A stretch of 64,000 bases of DNA from NCBI GenBank assembly GCA_002104945.1, contig MCFH01000028.1:248001-312000 (forward strand), written 5' to 3'. The stretch is from Piromyces finnis finn. Taxonomy: Eukaryota; Fungi; Neocallimastigomycota. This document shows positions 1 through 14,813 of this stretch, one piece after another (the stretch's first letter is position 1; every line of letters begins with the position of its first letter). A program made the translations under genes and the position numbers. The notes beneath the pieces were generated by a model. The model ran no database searches. It saw nothing but the letters and a program-made list of their open reading frames with translations, and was not told the DNA's origin.

Positions 1-148
1 GAAAAAAATCGATATATCTATATAAATAATAATTAAAAAAAAAAAAAATACTATTTAAAGATTATTATTTATTTAATAATGTAATAATTCTATTTTTTAA
101 TATGATATCATCCTACTTTGTATAAAGTCACAACAACACCATTATTAC

Positions 149-185
<37 letters not shown>

Positions 186-525
186 AGTATTAATCTTTTT
201 CATATCTTTTTTAATATTTATTAAACAACGAATTTTTTTTTTTTTTTTTAATATTATAAATTATTATTTTTAAACATTCTAAAAAAAAATTCTTGTAAAT
301 AATTTCATATCTATACTTTTTTTAATTGTAAATCATATTATATACTTTCCCAATTTCTAATAAAGTATATATATATATAAAAGTAGTCATGCAAATATAT
401 ATATAAAAAAAAAAAAAATTAAAAATAAATAAAACAAGTAAAACCATAAAAAATATATATATTTACCTTTTATAACTTTTTTTTTTAAGAAGAGTGTTTA
501 TATAATAATTTTATTTTTAGTATTC

Positions 526-556
<31 letters not shown>

Positions 557-2738
557 TAATTGTTATTGTTTATACAAAAAGAAAAAAAGTTCATATGTTT
601 CTTCTTCACCAATATAGCAACAAAGAAACATTTCTAATGTTTTGTACACAAAGTTCAATGTTAGTATTTCTTCGAATGAAAAACCATTATGGACTCATGA
701 AAGTGTGTGTATCGATTCTATCTAATATATATATATATTTTTTATTATTTAATTTATTAGACAGGGACCAATTCCATAGACATTATATATTTCATAGATA
801 GTTTATTGAACTTTATATACAACTATATTTTATTTCTATATATTATATTATTTTTATATATTATTTATATTGTAGTAGTATTACTATCAATTATTAATAG
901 GTATTATCAACTTTATGTAAATTGAATGAATAAATACAAAAAAAAAAAAAGTATTCTTATCCTTTTCTAAAAAAAATAAAAATAAAAATAAATACATTAA
1001 TTCATTTATTATGAAATGAATTTATTAATAATTACTAATTCAGAATCTTAATAACAATAAAGCATAACAAACAATATCAATAAGAATAACAAAATTTATA
1101 ATTTTATAATTTTTTTTATATCAAGTGTAAATTTTATTTTTTTTTTTTAAATATAAAGGTATACTTTTTTTTTTTTTGCAAAATAGGTTAAGTAAAAGAA
1201 AAAAAAAATATATAAAACAAGATTTTAAAAAGCTAAACACTAAAATTAATTATTCTTGTTTCTTTTAATTATAGGTAGATCATGTTAAAAGAATGGATTA
1301 TCAAAATATTATTAAATATTAGTTTAATGGTTCATTAAATAATTTGGAAATATCATCATAAAAAAAAAAAAAAAAGATAAAAACAATGCTAATAAATTAA
1401 AGGATAAACCTATTCTTTTAATTCTTTTAAATAATTAAATAAAATAATATCTGTTGCATGATTTGTTTAATATTTTGTTTAATTATTAATAAAACTATAT
1501 TTCTATAATTAGAAAATTTTTTCTCTAAAATTTATCCTATAAAATTAATTCTTACCCTACCTACCCTATAATACACACACACACTAAATTCATTATAATA
1601 TTTATAATACTTAAAATTCAAATTCAATATATATATAAAAATTAAAATAGTTTATAATGAATGGATGGAATTTTTCTTTTTTCTTTCTTTCTTTCATTAA
1701 TTATTAATAAGTAATTTATTAATTTTATCTTTTACTTTTTTTTTTTTTTCCTTTTCATTTTATTATTTTTTAAACTTTTATTTTTATGATTTGGCATAAT
1801 GTATATAATGAATAATGTTAATTAACAAATAAATATTATTAATTAACATTACGAAAAAAAAAACAAAAAAACAAAAAACAAAAAAAAAAAACGAAATATT
1901 ATAATAGTTTTGTGTTGAACAATTTTTTTTTTTTTAAATTTTTAAAAATTTATATATTTTTTTTTAAATATTTTTTGTTAGTTGAAAAAAAAGTACAAAC
2001 AATAAAATTAAAAAAATAAAGTATTACTATTAAAAATATATTACTTTTTTTTTTTTTCATTCTTTTTTTTTTATTTAAAAAAATACAATTAATATATATA
2101 GTGGACCACAATAATAATGTCAAGTACTATTGAAAATGTGAATAATATATATCTATTTTTTCTTTAAAGAAATATATATTTAAATATATAAAAAAGATAA
2201 TGACTGATTCTATTTCTCATAAAGCATTAAAATAAAATAAAATAAAATAAAAAATATAATGATTATACTAATTATTATTATTTTTTTTAATTTATTATAA
2301 TTTATAATAATAATAATAATATATATATATTTTTTTATTCTTTGAATAATCAAATGCTTAAAAATATGGATGGATAATGCTAATTCAAAATACATACTAT
2401 AATAAAAATACACTTTTCCTTCCTTCTATATATTATTGAATAAATAAACTCTCGATTTTGTATTATTATCTATCATTAAAAAATATTTAAAATGTTGATA
2501 ATCTTATATAGTCTACATCGGAGTCAGCTACTCCTCATAACGATGACAGTAGATATCGTTTCCTTTTAAATTTTTTAAAATTGTTTTTTTTTTTATACAT
2601 ATAAATAATAATTAATATATTTTCTGTATAAATATAAATTAAAAAAAAAAACATGTCAATTTAAAATTTGATAATCCTTTTATTTCAATAATAATAACAA
2701 TAAATCAAAATTACTTCAACTATTTTTCTTTTTTAAAA

Positions 2739-3355
2739 AATAATAATGATATAAAAGATACATTAAAAAAACAATCAAGTCATACTCTCAATATTGAATT
2801 AGGTTTATTACAGGAAAAAAATAATAGAGAAAAAAAGGAAACCCTAAAAAGTCCAACGGAAACAAAAATTCATTTTAAAGAACGTAAATATATATATTAT
2901 ATTATATATTATATATATTATATATATATTTTCTTCAAAGAAAATAAATAAAAAAATAAACAAACAAATATAAAAGAGTTATCAATAAATATATTTTAAT
3001 TTATAATGACATCAATATAACTTTTCAAATTATTAATAATGTATATATATATAAATGATTTCTCTATAAATTTTATATATAATATATATATACTTTAACA
3101 ATTAAACACCAATCATAAAAAAAAAAAAAAAAAGCAAAAAGAAGGAGTTTGAATGCAACAATAGAAAAAGATATTGACGCTATTGATTTTAAACAAAATA
3201 TTGTTTGTGATGATGATAATGATGACGATGAAAAAGAAGAATGTGAATTTACAAATGAGGCTATTGAAACTATGAATGCCGAAAAAATTATTGAAAGTGG
3301 TTACTTATACAAACGCTCTACAAAAATAAAAGTAATTATCGAATAATCAAGTTTA

Positions 3356-3386
<31 letters not shown>

Positions 3387-5134
3387 TAAAAAAAAATAAT
3401 TAAACAAGTTTTTTTTAAAAAAAACTTGTTTAATTAAATACAAATTAGAAATATAGTAGATTTTTTTTTTTTTATACTAAAGTAATTTATTTATTTATCA
3501 ATCTATTTATTGGTATAATAATAAAAAAAAAGAGTTGGAAAAAACGTTGGTTTGTTTTAAGGGGAACAAAATTAGCCTATTATAAAAATGAAAAGGTATT
3601 TTTTTTTTTTTATTAGTAATATTAATAAAATAAATAATTATATGTATAGATTTTAATTTTATTGAAATGTTTCTTTTTTTTTTTTAAATAAAATTTTTAT
3701 AAATTTTTAAAATAACTCTTTTCTTTAAATTTAATATTTATTATTAAAAAAAAAAAAAAAAACTCTCCAAGGAATATAAATTAATGAGTGTTATAGATCT
3801 TAGTACAATTCATAGAGTTGGTAAGGTCAATGTGTCAAGACCTAATGTTTTTGGTATAGTTACTTTACCTCGAACCTATTATGTTCAAGGTACAAATGAA
3901 GAGGATGTCGATAATTGGATAAAATCAATAAATGAATTAATAAAAGCTAATTCTAATGATGTAAATCATAAAGTTCGAAAATTATCTTTATCTGAAAGTA
4001 ACATTGATAAAGAACATCGTAAAGAATATTCTGGTGATATGTTTAATGGAAAACCAGTTAGTAAAAGTCATGATTCTTTAGAAAACTTTACAAAAGGTAG
4101 TAATGGTAGTATAGCAGGTAAAACAAAAATTTTAGAAAATAAATTTGATGCCGTCAATAATACAATTAATATGACCCCTCATACAAATAATACTGGTAAT
4201 GACAACTCTGTTGCAAAAGAAAATAATACTATTGAAAATAATAATAAACAAAATGATTCTCTAAATACTAATAATAATTTAGACAATGCCATTAATAACG
4301 ATAATATTTCAAACCTAGAAAATAAAAATACTACTAACAAAGAATCGTCAGAAAAGAAAAAAGAAAGTAAACCAATGCCAATTTTAACATCAGTCAATGA
4401 CCTAGAGGTGAATGATTCTTCAAAAGTTAAATTTATACAATCAGCAAGTGCAGTTGAATATCGGTCAGCTAATAGTTCGTTACCTTGTTCATCAAAATCT
4501 GGAAAGAATAGTAGTTATTATAATGAGATTAAATCCGCAAGACCTTATGATGAAAACCATTCAGTTATTCATGAAAATGAAGAATCTAGTAGTGAAGAAA
4601 ATCTTTTTATTGTTAATCCACTTACAAGTGTTAATGTAATGAATGATAATGTCATTGTTCGTCAAGGCTATCTTCTACGACAGAGTATGAAATATAAAAC
4701 CTGGAAAAAAAGATGGTTTGTTTTACGTAATGGTAAACTTACTTGTTATAAGAATGAAAAGGTAATTATTATATATATATAAAATATTTAATAGCACTTT
4801 TTTTTTTTTATTGAAAAATATAAAAATGTCAAATTTTCATTATATATTTTGTGTACTATTTTTATTAATGATGATTGAATATACTTAAAATATTATTACT
4901 GTTTAGGAATATGTTGTTATTTTTATTATACCTTTATCAGAAACCCTAGATATTATTGAAACGGAAAAACCAGTGAGCAAATCTCATAAATATTGTTTTA
5001 AGGTTATTACCGAAGGTAAAACAATGCTCCTTTGCTCAGAAACTGAAGAAGACTGTAATAATTGGATTAGTGATCTTCAAAGGTGTCACAAAATTATTCA
5101 AGAAATAAAAGATAATAATGGATTAGTAGAATAA
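2739..5134 (+). CDS. Tandem (two) PH-domain protein, Opy1-like architecture; 5' end unresolved
   Basis: Frame-consistent GT-AG exons ~2739-2883, 3135-3331, 3533-3595, 3772-4761, 4907-5134. PH1: IIESGYLYKRSTKIK|SWKKRWFVLRGTKLAYYKNEK|EYKLMSVIDLS...YYVQGTNEEDVDNWIKSI. PH2: VRQGYLLRQSMKYKTWKKRWFVLRNGKLTCYKNEK|EYVVIFIIPL...MLLCSETEEDCNNWISDL. No clean in-frame ATG found upstream; the ATG at 2653 fits only with a 1-nt homopolymer indel. Confidence 0.85.
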
Positions 5135-5799
5135 ATTTAAAGTAACAACAACAACAACAACAACAACAACAAAAAAAAAAAAAAAAAAAAAAAAATAAAT
5201 ATTAAATATAATTTTTTTTTCTTTACTTTTTAAATGTTTTAAAATTATAAATTCATTAAAACTATAGATAGATATAAAAGTTAAATAACTATCAACCATT
5301 ATATTAATATTATTTCTTAAAATAGTATAATTATTGTACATTTTAAGAAATAGAATATTTATTAAACCTATTACCTCCCTTTTTACATCTAAAATTATAA
5401 TTATTATTATAATTGAAAAATAAATATATTAATAAATCAGAAAAAAAAAAAAACTCAAAAAAAAACTCAAAAAAAAAAAAAAAGATATATGTTTTTTTAA
5501 TACCATTTTTATTTTTTATAGTAAATTATAGTCTTTAATTTATATATTTATTATTATTATTAATAATTATTATTATTAATTCTTACTTTTAATTATTACA
5601 ATTTAATACTTTTAAAAGAAGTTATTTTTGATGTTATTAAATGATTTTTATTTTTATTTTTAATAATTTTAATAGATATTTTGGCATAGGTTATATAAAG
5701 TTTTCTTTTGAATTATCGGTTAATGGCGTTATTCGTTATTATTATTTAATAATGACAAGATTTAATATATATATATATATGAATATATATAATATTTAT

Positions 5800-6919
5800 T
5801 TAGTATTTGTATTTGGTAGAGTAATCCTTTGGAGATACAACAAGACCACGTCCTTTTCTAGCACCACGATAAACAGTTTCAACAATATCAATCATTTCTT
5901 GTTTATCCTTTGTAATATTTTTTATAATAAAGATAGAAAATATTCAATTATTAAAAAATATAAAATTAATTATTATACACGCTTAATTATATGTATTTAT
6001 TGTAACATTATATTTGTTGCTTATTATAATAATTACTTCAAGAGCCCAATTAATCTTATTATTATTACCGGTACCCAAATCAATCATAATGTGCTTATTA
6101 CGGTAGACTTTTAAAAGTATATTTTGTTAATTCCTTAAATTTTATTTTAAAATAATTTTGTAAAAAAAAAAAAAAAAAAAAAACACTTACAAAACATTAC
6201 AGTACATGGATCGTACAATTCATACATTTTATTGAAATCTGGAACTTCAGTAATATCAGTTAAGTAGATAACAGCAAAATTCTTAACCTTTTCACAAATG
6301 GAATATAATATTTCATCCATTTTCATACATGTTGGATCCTTTAATAATAAAATGTGTACCAATAAAATGATATGGGTTAGTTTTTTTATTAATTATTTCT
6401 TTTATCATTATTTTTTTCTCTTAATAATTCAATTCAATTCAATTCAATTCAATTCAATTTATATATATTTCTCACATTTTATTATTATTATTATTAATTT
6501 TAAATAAATTTAAAATGATTATTTGAAATAATAAAAAAATGAATTTGTCCTTTGAATTTTTTTATCTAAATTATATTTTTCTTTAGATAATCATTCAAAT
6601 AAAATATATTTAAATATAAAAAAAGTTTAGAACAATACAGTAAACAAATTATCTTTTTTAATTATATTTTCAATTTACCCAATCATGACCAAAACGAATG
6701 ACAACAACTCTTTCTTCTTCATTAAGAATTGCTTGGTCTACATGCCAACCAGAATGAAGATGTGGTAAAAAATAAGACTAAATATATTAAAATAATAATA
6801 TTAAATATAAATAATTAAAAATAATATTTTTTTTAATATTTTTAATATTTTTTATAAATATATATTTTAATTAAAGTTTTCTTTTCTAATTCTAACTGAA
6901 TTTTCATTTTTTTTACCAT
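5800..6919 (-). CDS. DIB1: U5 snRNP thioredoxin-like protein Dim1/Dib1 (TXNL4A), 142 aa
   Basis: Exons 6919-6917 (ATG only), 6777-6679, 6338-6191, 6107-6037, 5907-5800 total 429 nt. Translation MSYFLPHLHSGWHVDQAILNEEERVVVIRFGHDWDPTCMKMDE...HIMIDLGTGNNNKINWALEDKQEMIDIVETVYRGARKGRGLVVSPKDYSTKYKY matches the very conserved Dim1 family. Confidence 0.97.
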
Positions 6920-8747
6920 TTTTACAATTTAAATTTTAAGATGATAAAATATGAGAATTAATAAATTACAATTTTTTTTTTAAAAAATATAAAATAAATT
7001 ACTGTCAAATATCATTAATTTACATATATTTATAACAATCATAAGATAATAACACATAATATTAACGTGATTTAATTAAATTTTGAAAAATTTATAAAAC
7101 TTCATTTTTTTAAAAAAAAAATTAAAGTTTTTTTTTTATGGAAATTACATCTTATAGAAAAGAATAATTTTTTATAGTGAAATAACATGCTACATATTTA
7201 GTTATATAATCTATAATCTAATCTAGAATATAATGAATAACTATAAAAAATAAAGTTTATTCATTAGAAACGGAACATGTATAAAGTATTAATAAAATAA
7301 TAATTAAATAACTAAAAAAAAAAAAAAAAAAATACTTTGAATATTTTTTAAAAATAAAAAAAATTCTTATTTATTAATGAATATTCAAGGAAATAGTCAT
7401 TGTAAAAATCAATCAATAATAAAAGTATAAAAAAAGAAATTATGAATTATATAATAAATGAAATTTATAATAAGCATTAATATAATTTAATACTACAAAT
7501 TGATAAGAAAGGTATACATTATTCATTAATTAATTGTATATTATACTGAGGGATAAAAAATATTAATTTTTATATCTGTAGCTTTAATTTTTCTTTTGAT
7601 AAACTTTTTTTTATATATAAATATATATAAATACTTTTAAGCAAGTATTATTCTAAATTTATATATAATAGTGTTTTTTAAAGTTATGAATTAAAGTTAA
7701 AATATTAAGGATAATTATAAAAAAGAAAAATTAAAATAGAACTTTTTTATTATGAATTTTGAAAAGCAATTTATTATTAATAATTATATTTTTATTTTTA
7801 TTTTTTATTTTTTTATATTATACACTTTTTTTTTATCGAGATTATTTTGCTTTTTTTCTTTTCAAAAAAAACAAAAAAACAAAAAAAAAAAAAACAAACA
7901 AACAAAAAAAAAAACATAGATATAAATATTTATATAGACTGTATATTTTGTATACCAAGTTTAAAAGAAAAAAAAAATATGATAATGCATTAAATTTATC
8001 CTGTTTATATTTAAAAATTGACTTTTATTACTATCGAATTGAGTGTTATTTTTAAAATAATTATATTTAATATATATAAAAAAAAAAAATTATATAATAA
8101 TTATCTCGAATAATAATAAAAGTAAATTATTTATGTGATGTAGTATTTACTAAACACAAACATTTAGTAATAATAATAATAATAATAATAATACAAGTTA
8201 TTGTTAATTAAATCAAATAACAATATAATATACTATTTTTTTTTTTTTTTCTAATATTGTATTTATTGTTTTTATAAAATATAAAGTCAATGAAAAATAA
8301 CTCTAAAAATTAATTATATATTATAAGTTATAAAAAATAAAACTTATTAAGTAAAAAAAAAAAAAAAAAAAAATAAAAAATAAAAAAAATTCTTTTTTTC
8401 TAAACTATCAATGATTAATGATTACTTAAAAAAAGGTATTATTATACTGAAAGTAATATTTAGCCCATAAAACTAGTACACTAAAGTATACAAAAAATTA
8501 TATTATTATTAGTAGAGTTAATCGTACTATAAACAATAATTTCTTCAATATCAAAATTCAATTATAATTTTAAAATAATTAACATTTGTTTTTTATATAG
8601 ACATACACACACATAGATACACTCATATATATACATAAAATATTTAATAACATAATTATAATACAATAGAATAATATCAATAAAAAAATTTATAGTATAT
8701 AAAATACAATTTCATTATTTCCTATTATATAAATAAATAAAATTAAC

Positions 8748-11700
8748 ATGGAAACATCTAATGAGACGAATACAATTAATATTTTATCATGGATATTTGA
8801 TGAATTAGACACTCAAAAATTTGGTGTGAAAAATAATAAACACTTTAATTATTTTGATGATTCGGAAGAAAATATTCAAAAGATTAATCATTTCTATTTA
8901 AATTTCAAACCAACAATTGAAAGTACTATTGATGAAAAAGAGAAAGATGATACCGATAATGAAAATAATCTTACAGAAGATGTTGGGAGACATAATAAAA
9001 ATAATAGCATGCTTCTAAATAAAATGAAAACTCGTCCTAATCAAGGAGATACAGGTGATTTTGCAGAGTTAAGAAAAAGAAGGAATCATCATGATGAAAA
9101 AGAAAAGAATGGAAAAGAAAAGAAAAACAATTTATATAATTCAGGACTATCAAGATCCCTTTCAAAAAAAGATGAAATTAAAACAAAGAATCTTAAATTC
9201 GAAGGATTTAATGCTAATATTTCATTAAATCCCGAAGATAATAGAATACAGTTTTATAATAACAAAAAGTTTAAAAAATTTAAATCTGATATTCATCTTG
9301 GTTTAAAAAGATTAGAAAAATTAGAGTCCCCGCTAAGTAAAATATCTCGTTCTTTAAGTTCATCTGCTATAATACCACCAATTCCTGTTAATCTTTCAGT
9401 AAAGTTTACCAATTTCAATGATGAAAAAAATAAATCCGTTTTTTTCAATTCATCAAATAAAAGTTTATTTAATTCACCTATGATTACTGACGATACAGGT
9501 ATTATATTATTATTTTGCTTTTTTTTTTTTTTTTTATAATTAATGTAGTTTAACAATAGAATTATTATTATTAATAAGCCTTATTGTATTATTATATCAT
9601 TACTAAAATTTTCATATTTTTAATAATATTTTAAAAATTATTCATCATGATTAAAAAAATAAAGATATTTTAACAGATGAATTTCCAGATAATAAAATAG
9701 AAAAAAATAATGAAACTGAAACAAAAAGAATTGAAAAAGAATATATTTCCGATAATAAATATGAGTTAATTAATAATAAAAAGATTAATAATTCTATCAA
9801 AAACACTGATATAATACTGGAAGAAATCATGGTTCATCCATCATCGGCATCAAGTACAACTCTTAATTCCAAAGCTACAAATAATAAAAAAGATATTATT
9901 AAGATATCATTTGAATCTGTAATGTCCAGTACGATGAAAATATCCCAAGACGATGCTTCTTTTATAGATAGAAAAAAGGATGAAAGTTCATTTATTTTAA
10001 ATGAATATGGTCAATCTTTATTCAGATTACGTTATTATCTTCTTCAATTAAAATATTTGATTGATTGTAATAAAGATCTTGAACAAATTGTTTTTTATAA
10101 ATTAGCCCTTAGTCAATATCCTGATAGTAATTCTGTAAGAACTTGGTTAAAGCGTCGTATTACTAGAGAACCATTAGTTCATGGTTATTGCCTACCTCCA
10201 TTTAATGCAAGTGATGAAAATCTTACAAATGATATGTTTAGCAGACCTTTAAAAAATAAGATTTTCAACTCACTTTCTCTAGATAAAAAATATCAAGTCA
10301 TAGAACCCCTAACTTTTGATTTTGATAGAAAAGTTATGGGTACTCCTAAGCATAAATCTTTAGTTAGTTGTAATTCCAACCTCAAATATTGTCAAATGAG
10401 ACAGCGTAGTGATATTGTTCTACGTACCATATTTATAAAACATTTGTTCCAACAAGCTCAAGCTATTAAACATGTCATTGGTAATGAAAGATTCCTTTTA
10501 TTAAAAGATAAAGCATTACTCAATCTTCAGCCACGTGCTAGTAAACACTATAAACCAAAAGAAAATGTTACCAATTCTATGATTTCTATTAAACTAAAGA
10601 CCAATAAAAAAATGGGTATCTACCTTCAACATCATTCAAAAAAATCAAGTATTGACTTTTCTTCAAGAAACTCCAGACCAAATAATAATATTTTAGCACC
10701 ACAACCAGTGGATATAATCAATAGTAATATAAATGGAAAAGGTTTACACAATTCAACAATGAATAAAAGATTTGAAAAAAGTCTATCTTATCAGAATATT
10801 TTCTCATCAAATAGCCCATCAAAACTAAGAAACTGTCATATGTTAGAACCAGCTCCAACACACAAATATTCTTATTCTCAACCTCTTGGTCATATTATTT
10901 TTAATAAGCAAAATAATACTATTGAACCTTTAGGCTCTAATTCTAATCAAAGAATATTTAATAAAGAAAAAACCTTCTTTTCCAAATATATATTTTCAAA
11001 TAATAACTATGGAAATATAAATAATTTTACCTTTCATAATACCTCAAATAGCAATATAACCTTGAATAATACTACGAATAATAACAATAATAGTAATAAT
11101 AATAATAATAGTAATAGTAATATTGATAATAATAATAATAGTAACAATAATAATAGTAATATAGCAGTAGCGAATGCAAATAGAATGAATGAATTAGGAC
11201 ATAATACTACTGCTACTACCAATAAGAATGGTAATCTCGTTAAAAGTGATATTTCCTTAAATAATAATAATAACTCAGTTTTGAATAGACAAATTAGTAA
11301 AAGTAATAATAATAATATTAATAACAATCTAAATTCATATGGTTATCGAAAGCAACACCGTCATATTAGTAGCATAAGTAGTGTAAAAGATGTTAATAAA
11401 GATATGGATACTTGTTATAACTTTAATAATCTTAAAAGTACTATTGATGTATCAAAAGCAAAACTTAATAATGATCTTAGAAATCTTAATACCACATCAC
11501 CGCAAGCTGAATATAGTCGTAATGACTTATCATCATCGAAATATCAACCATCTAATAGAAAATTAAAAGATATCCAATCTCAAAAGTCACTTAAATCATT
11601 TAAGGAATCCGATAAAGATAGTGTACAAGAAAGTTTCAGTCAATCTGACGCTATTAACAATTACAGTGATCAAGATTCGGTTTATTCCATGTCCTCTCTT

Positions 11701-12363
11701 TATGCTTCTGATAAAATAAATAGTGATAAGCAAAATATGGATAAAAATGGTAATTATAAATTTATAAAATAATATTATTGATATAATCATATTGTTATTA
11801 ATAGTTAATATTAATCTTTATTATAATTTATCTATTTATAATATAATTTTTAAAAAGAAACATCTGGAAATGAAGCACTCGATTCTAATAGAACACTTGT
11901 AGTGTACAGACCAAATAAAAAACTATCTGTTGTCAAAAAAATATTTGAAATTATAAAGATAACAAAAAGAATTGAAAAGTCTAAAAAAGGAAAAGTTAAT
12001 ACTAAACATAAATCGAGTAATATTGTTGACTCTGAAGAAACTATTAACAATTCTATGGAAATTTCTAAATCTAATCATAATAATGCCATCTCTAATAGTG
12101 ACTTTTCTGTTAATGCCGGTTCATCTATTATGAATAGTAACTTTTCTGTTAATACTGGTTCGTCCAATATTGATAGTAGCCTTTCATTAAACACTAATAA
12201 TTATAATAGTGATGAAACTATTCATGAAAGATCAAAATTAGCCGACCAGAATAATAAAGCTATTATTAAAAAGGGCGGTGAAGATGTTAAATATAAAAAG
12301 AACACAAAATGGCATATTAAAATTTTTGGTAAAAGTAATAAAAAGACAGAAGTTGGGATTTAA
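8748..12363 (+). CDS. Hypothetical Ser/Asn-rich protein, about 1,109 aa, three exons
   Basis: Exons 8748-9498, 9677-11749 and 11858-12363 join in frame through phase-1 GT-AG introns and link the three ORF-track entries. No family recognised. Confidence 0.75.
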
Positions 12364-12515
12364 ATTGTAAAATCCACAACATGTTATTTTTTTTTTTATT
12401 AAAAAAAAAAAGGGGGGGATAATTTAAACTTTATAGTGATGATGTGTGTTATATATTTTCTATAATTTAATGGATAATAATTTTTATTATAAAAACAAGT
12501 ATTGTTTATTAATTT

Positions 12516-12737
<222 letters not shown>

Positions 12738-13014
12738 TAGACGTGTACTTTTCAATTTGAAATATTATAATAACAAATTAAACATAATATTAAATAAAAT
12801 AATAATATTTTATACAAAATACTCCTTTTATTTTCTTTTGTTTTAATTTAAACGAGTTATTTTTACTATTTATTTTATTTTATTTTTTATTTTACTTTTT
12901 TTTTTTTTTTTTTTTTTATTACTTTTTTATTAATGGTTTAATAGATAATAACAGGTAATAACTAGAAGTAACGACATTGACAATAATAATAAATTAATAA
13001 AAATGCTTTTATTT

Positions 13015-14813
13015 TTAATAATTGTATATTCTATAAAGTTGTGATAGTTGAATATGTTGTCTGCATAATGGGCATTCATTCTTTTGAAATGATATTTTTA
13101 AAAAATGTATTATTAGTTTAAATTTTTTGTAATATTTAATATTTAATGAAAATATGAAAATACCTTTTTTTGACACCATTCACAAATACATTTCCTAGCA
13201 ATTAAAATTAATTTTTTTTTTAGTTTACTTATTTATACATTTAAATATGCAATATACAATTATATATATAAATATATAATTACCAGCAAAAAACATGACC
13301 ACAATTAGTAACAGATATGTCTTTACAAAATTCCAAACATAATGTACATTTTCTTTGATTTTTTTCCTCTTCTGGTAAATAATTATATTGCTTTGGTACA
13401 CCCTCATTACTAGTATATATGAAATATGAAATAATATTTAATATTAATGAGTTTAAATGATTTATAATTTAGTTTTAAATTTTTTTTTTTTTTTTTTTAA
13501 AAAAGATTACTTTTCTTTTTCTTCATCTTCATCAACATTTGATAAAATTGATTTTGAATTCTTTATTAATTTTATGAAAATTTCAAATAATATTATATAA
13601 CCAAGAGCTTCATATTTGTTTTTATCTTCATTTTTTTGAAGTTTTCTAGTAAAAATCTAAATTTATTATGTATATTAAAAAAAAAAAAAAAAAATTCATA
13701 TATACACATTATTATATGTATTATTAAAATTATTTCCATTTTGACTATTTCAATAGTTATATATATAATGTGATTTGATTGATATATTCCTCAACAACTT
13801 ACATATCTATTTTTTAATATTCTTTTTGAAATTTCATAATATCTACCATTAATATAAAATAATGAAATATGAACAGCATATATATATTTTTCAAGTAAAG
13901 TCTTCAATCTCGGTATTTGATTATGTGTAAATTTTTTAAGGGTATCACTTTTAGTACTTTTAGTTGCTATTTCTAGAGTTAAAATATTAAAATTAAATTA
14001 GATTTTATGGTGATTTCTATAGTTTTTAAATTTTTTACTGATAACAAATAATATTAATAATAACCTTTAGTATTATTTGAAGTTTTTGTTATTTTTTGTA
14101 ATTTATTTAAAAATAATATTGTTAATTGAGGAAATCCAATTTGAAATAAAATTCCATAAATTTTTGTCTGTTTTAAAGTAAAATAAGAATATTTATATAA
14201 TGCGATTATATTAGTTATTATTATTATTTTTTTTTAAAAAAAACTTTTAATATTTCAATATATACAAGTTTAGATGGAGGTGTTTTTGTTGAGTTTTTAA
14301 TTGGTATAATTTCACAATATTCTTCTCCCAATGTTTGATTTCCTTTAAATATATAGTTAATACATTAGAAAACTTTCATACTTTTTTTTAAAACATTTTG
14401 TAAAATTTCTAAATTTGAAATATACCTAATATTGAGGTTAAGATATAATATAGAAAACGGCTTATTATTGCTATTTTATTTTCATATTTTATAAATTTTC
14501 TTGTGCCTATATAAAAATGTAATTATGTAATTATAACGAATGAATAAATTCAAATTACTAACAGACATTTTTTATTTTTATTTAATACATTATATAAAAA
14601 CAATTAAAATTTTGAGATGTTTTTACCGAAAATTTGTTTAAATAAATTTTTAGTTTCATTTATTAAATAATCTTGATAATATTCATCAAATTGAACTGAG
14701 CGTATAATTGAAGATTGATTTGCAAATGGAAATGTTATATCCACAGTATTAGCTGAGCTAGTACTCTTTTTGCTAACACTTTTGCTATCTGATATTTTTG
14801 ATTGACTAGACAT
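13015..14813 (-). CDS. PEX10: Peroxin-10, peroxisomal RING-finger ubiquitin ligase subunit
   Basis: N-terminus FPFANQSSIIRSVQFDEYYQ resembles the Pex10 FPFA...IIRxxQKD motif. An exon at ~14270-14347 encodes the Pex10 signature GNQTLGEEYCEII. The last three exons give an intact C3HC4 RING: KCTLCLEFCKDISVTNCGHVFCW|KCICEWCQKK|NECPLCRQHIQ, stop at 13015-13017. Confidence 0.92.

Noticed and set aside
560-801. ORF 595-801 and other short open frames on both strands
   Set aside because: Slightly GC-richer and possibly an exon of a gene entering from the left, but no frame gave a recognisable protein or a consistent splice model.
6917-6919. DIB1 first coding exon consisting only of ATG
   Set aside because: Introns directly after the start codon are common in fungal genes, so this is not novel.
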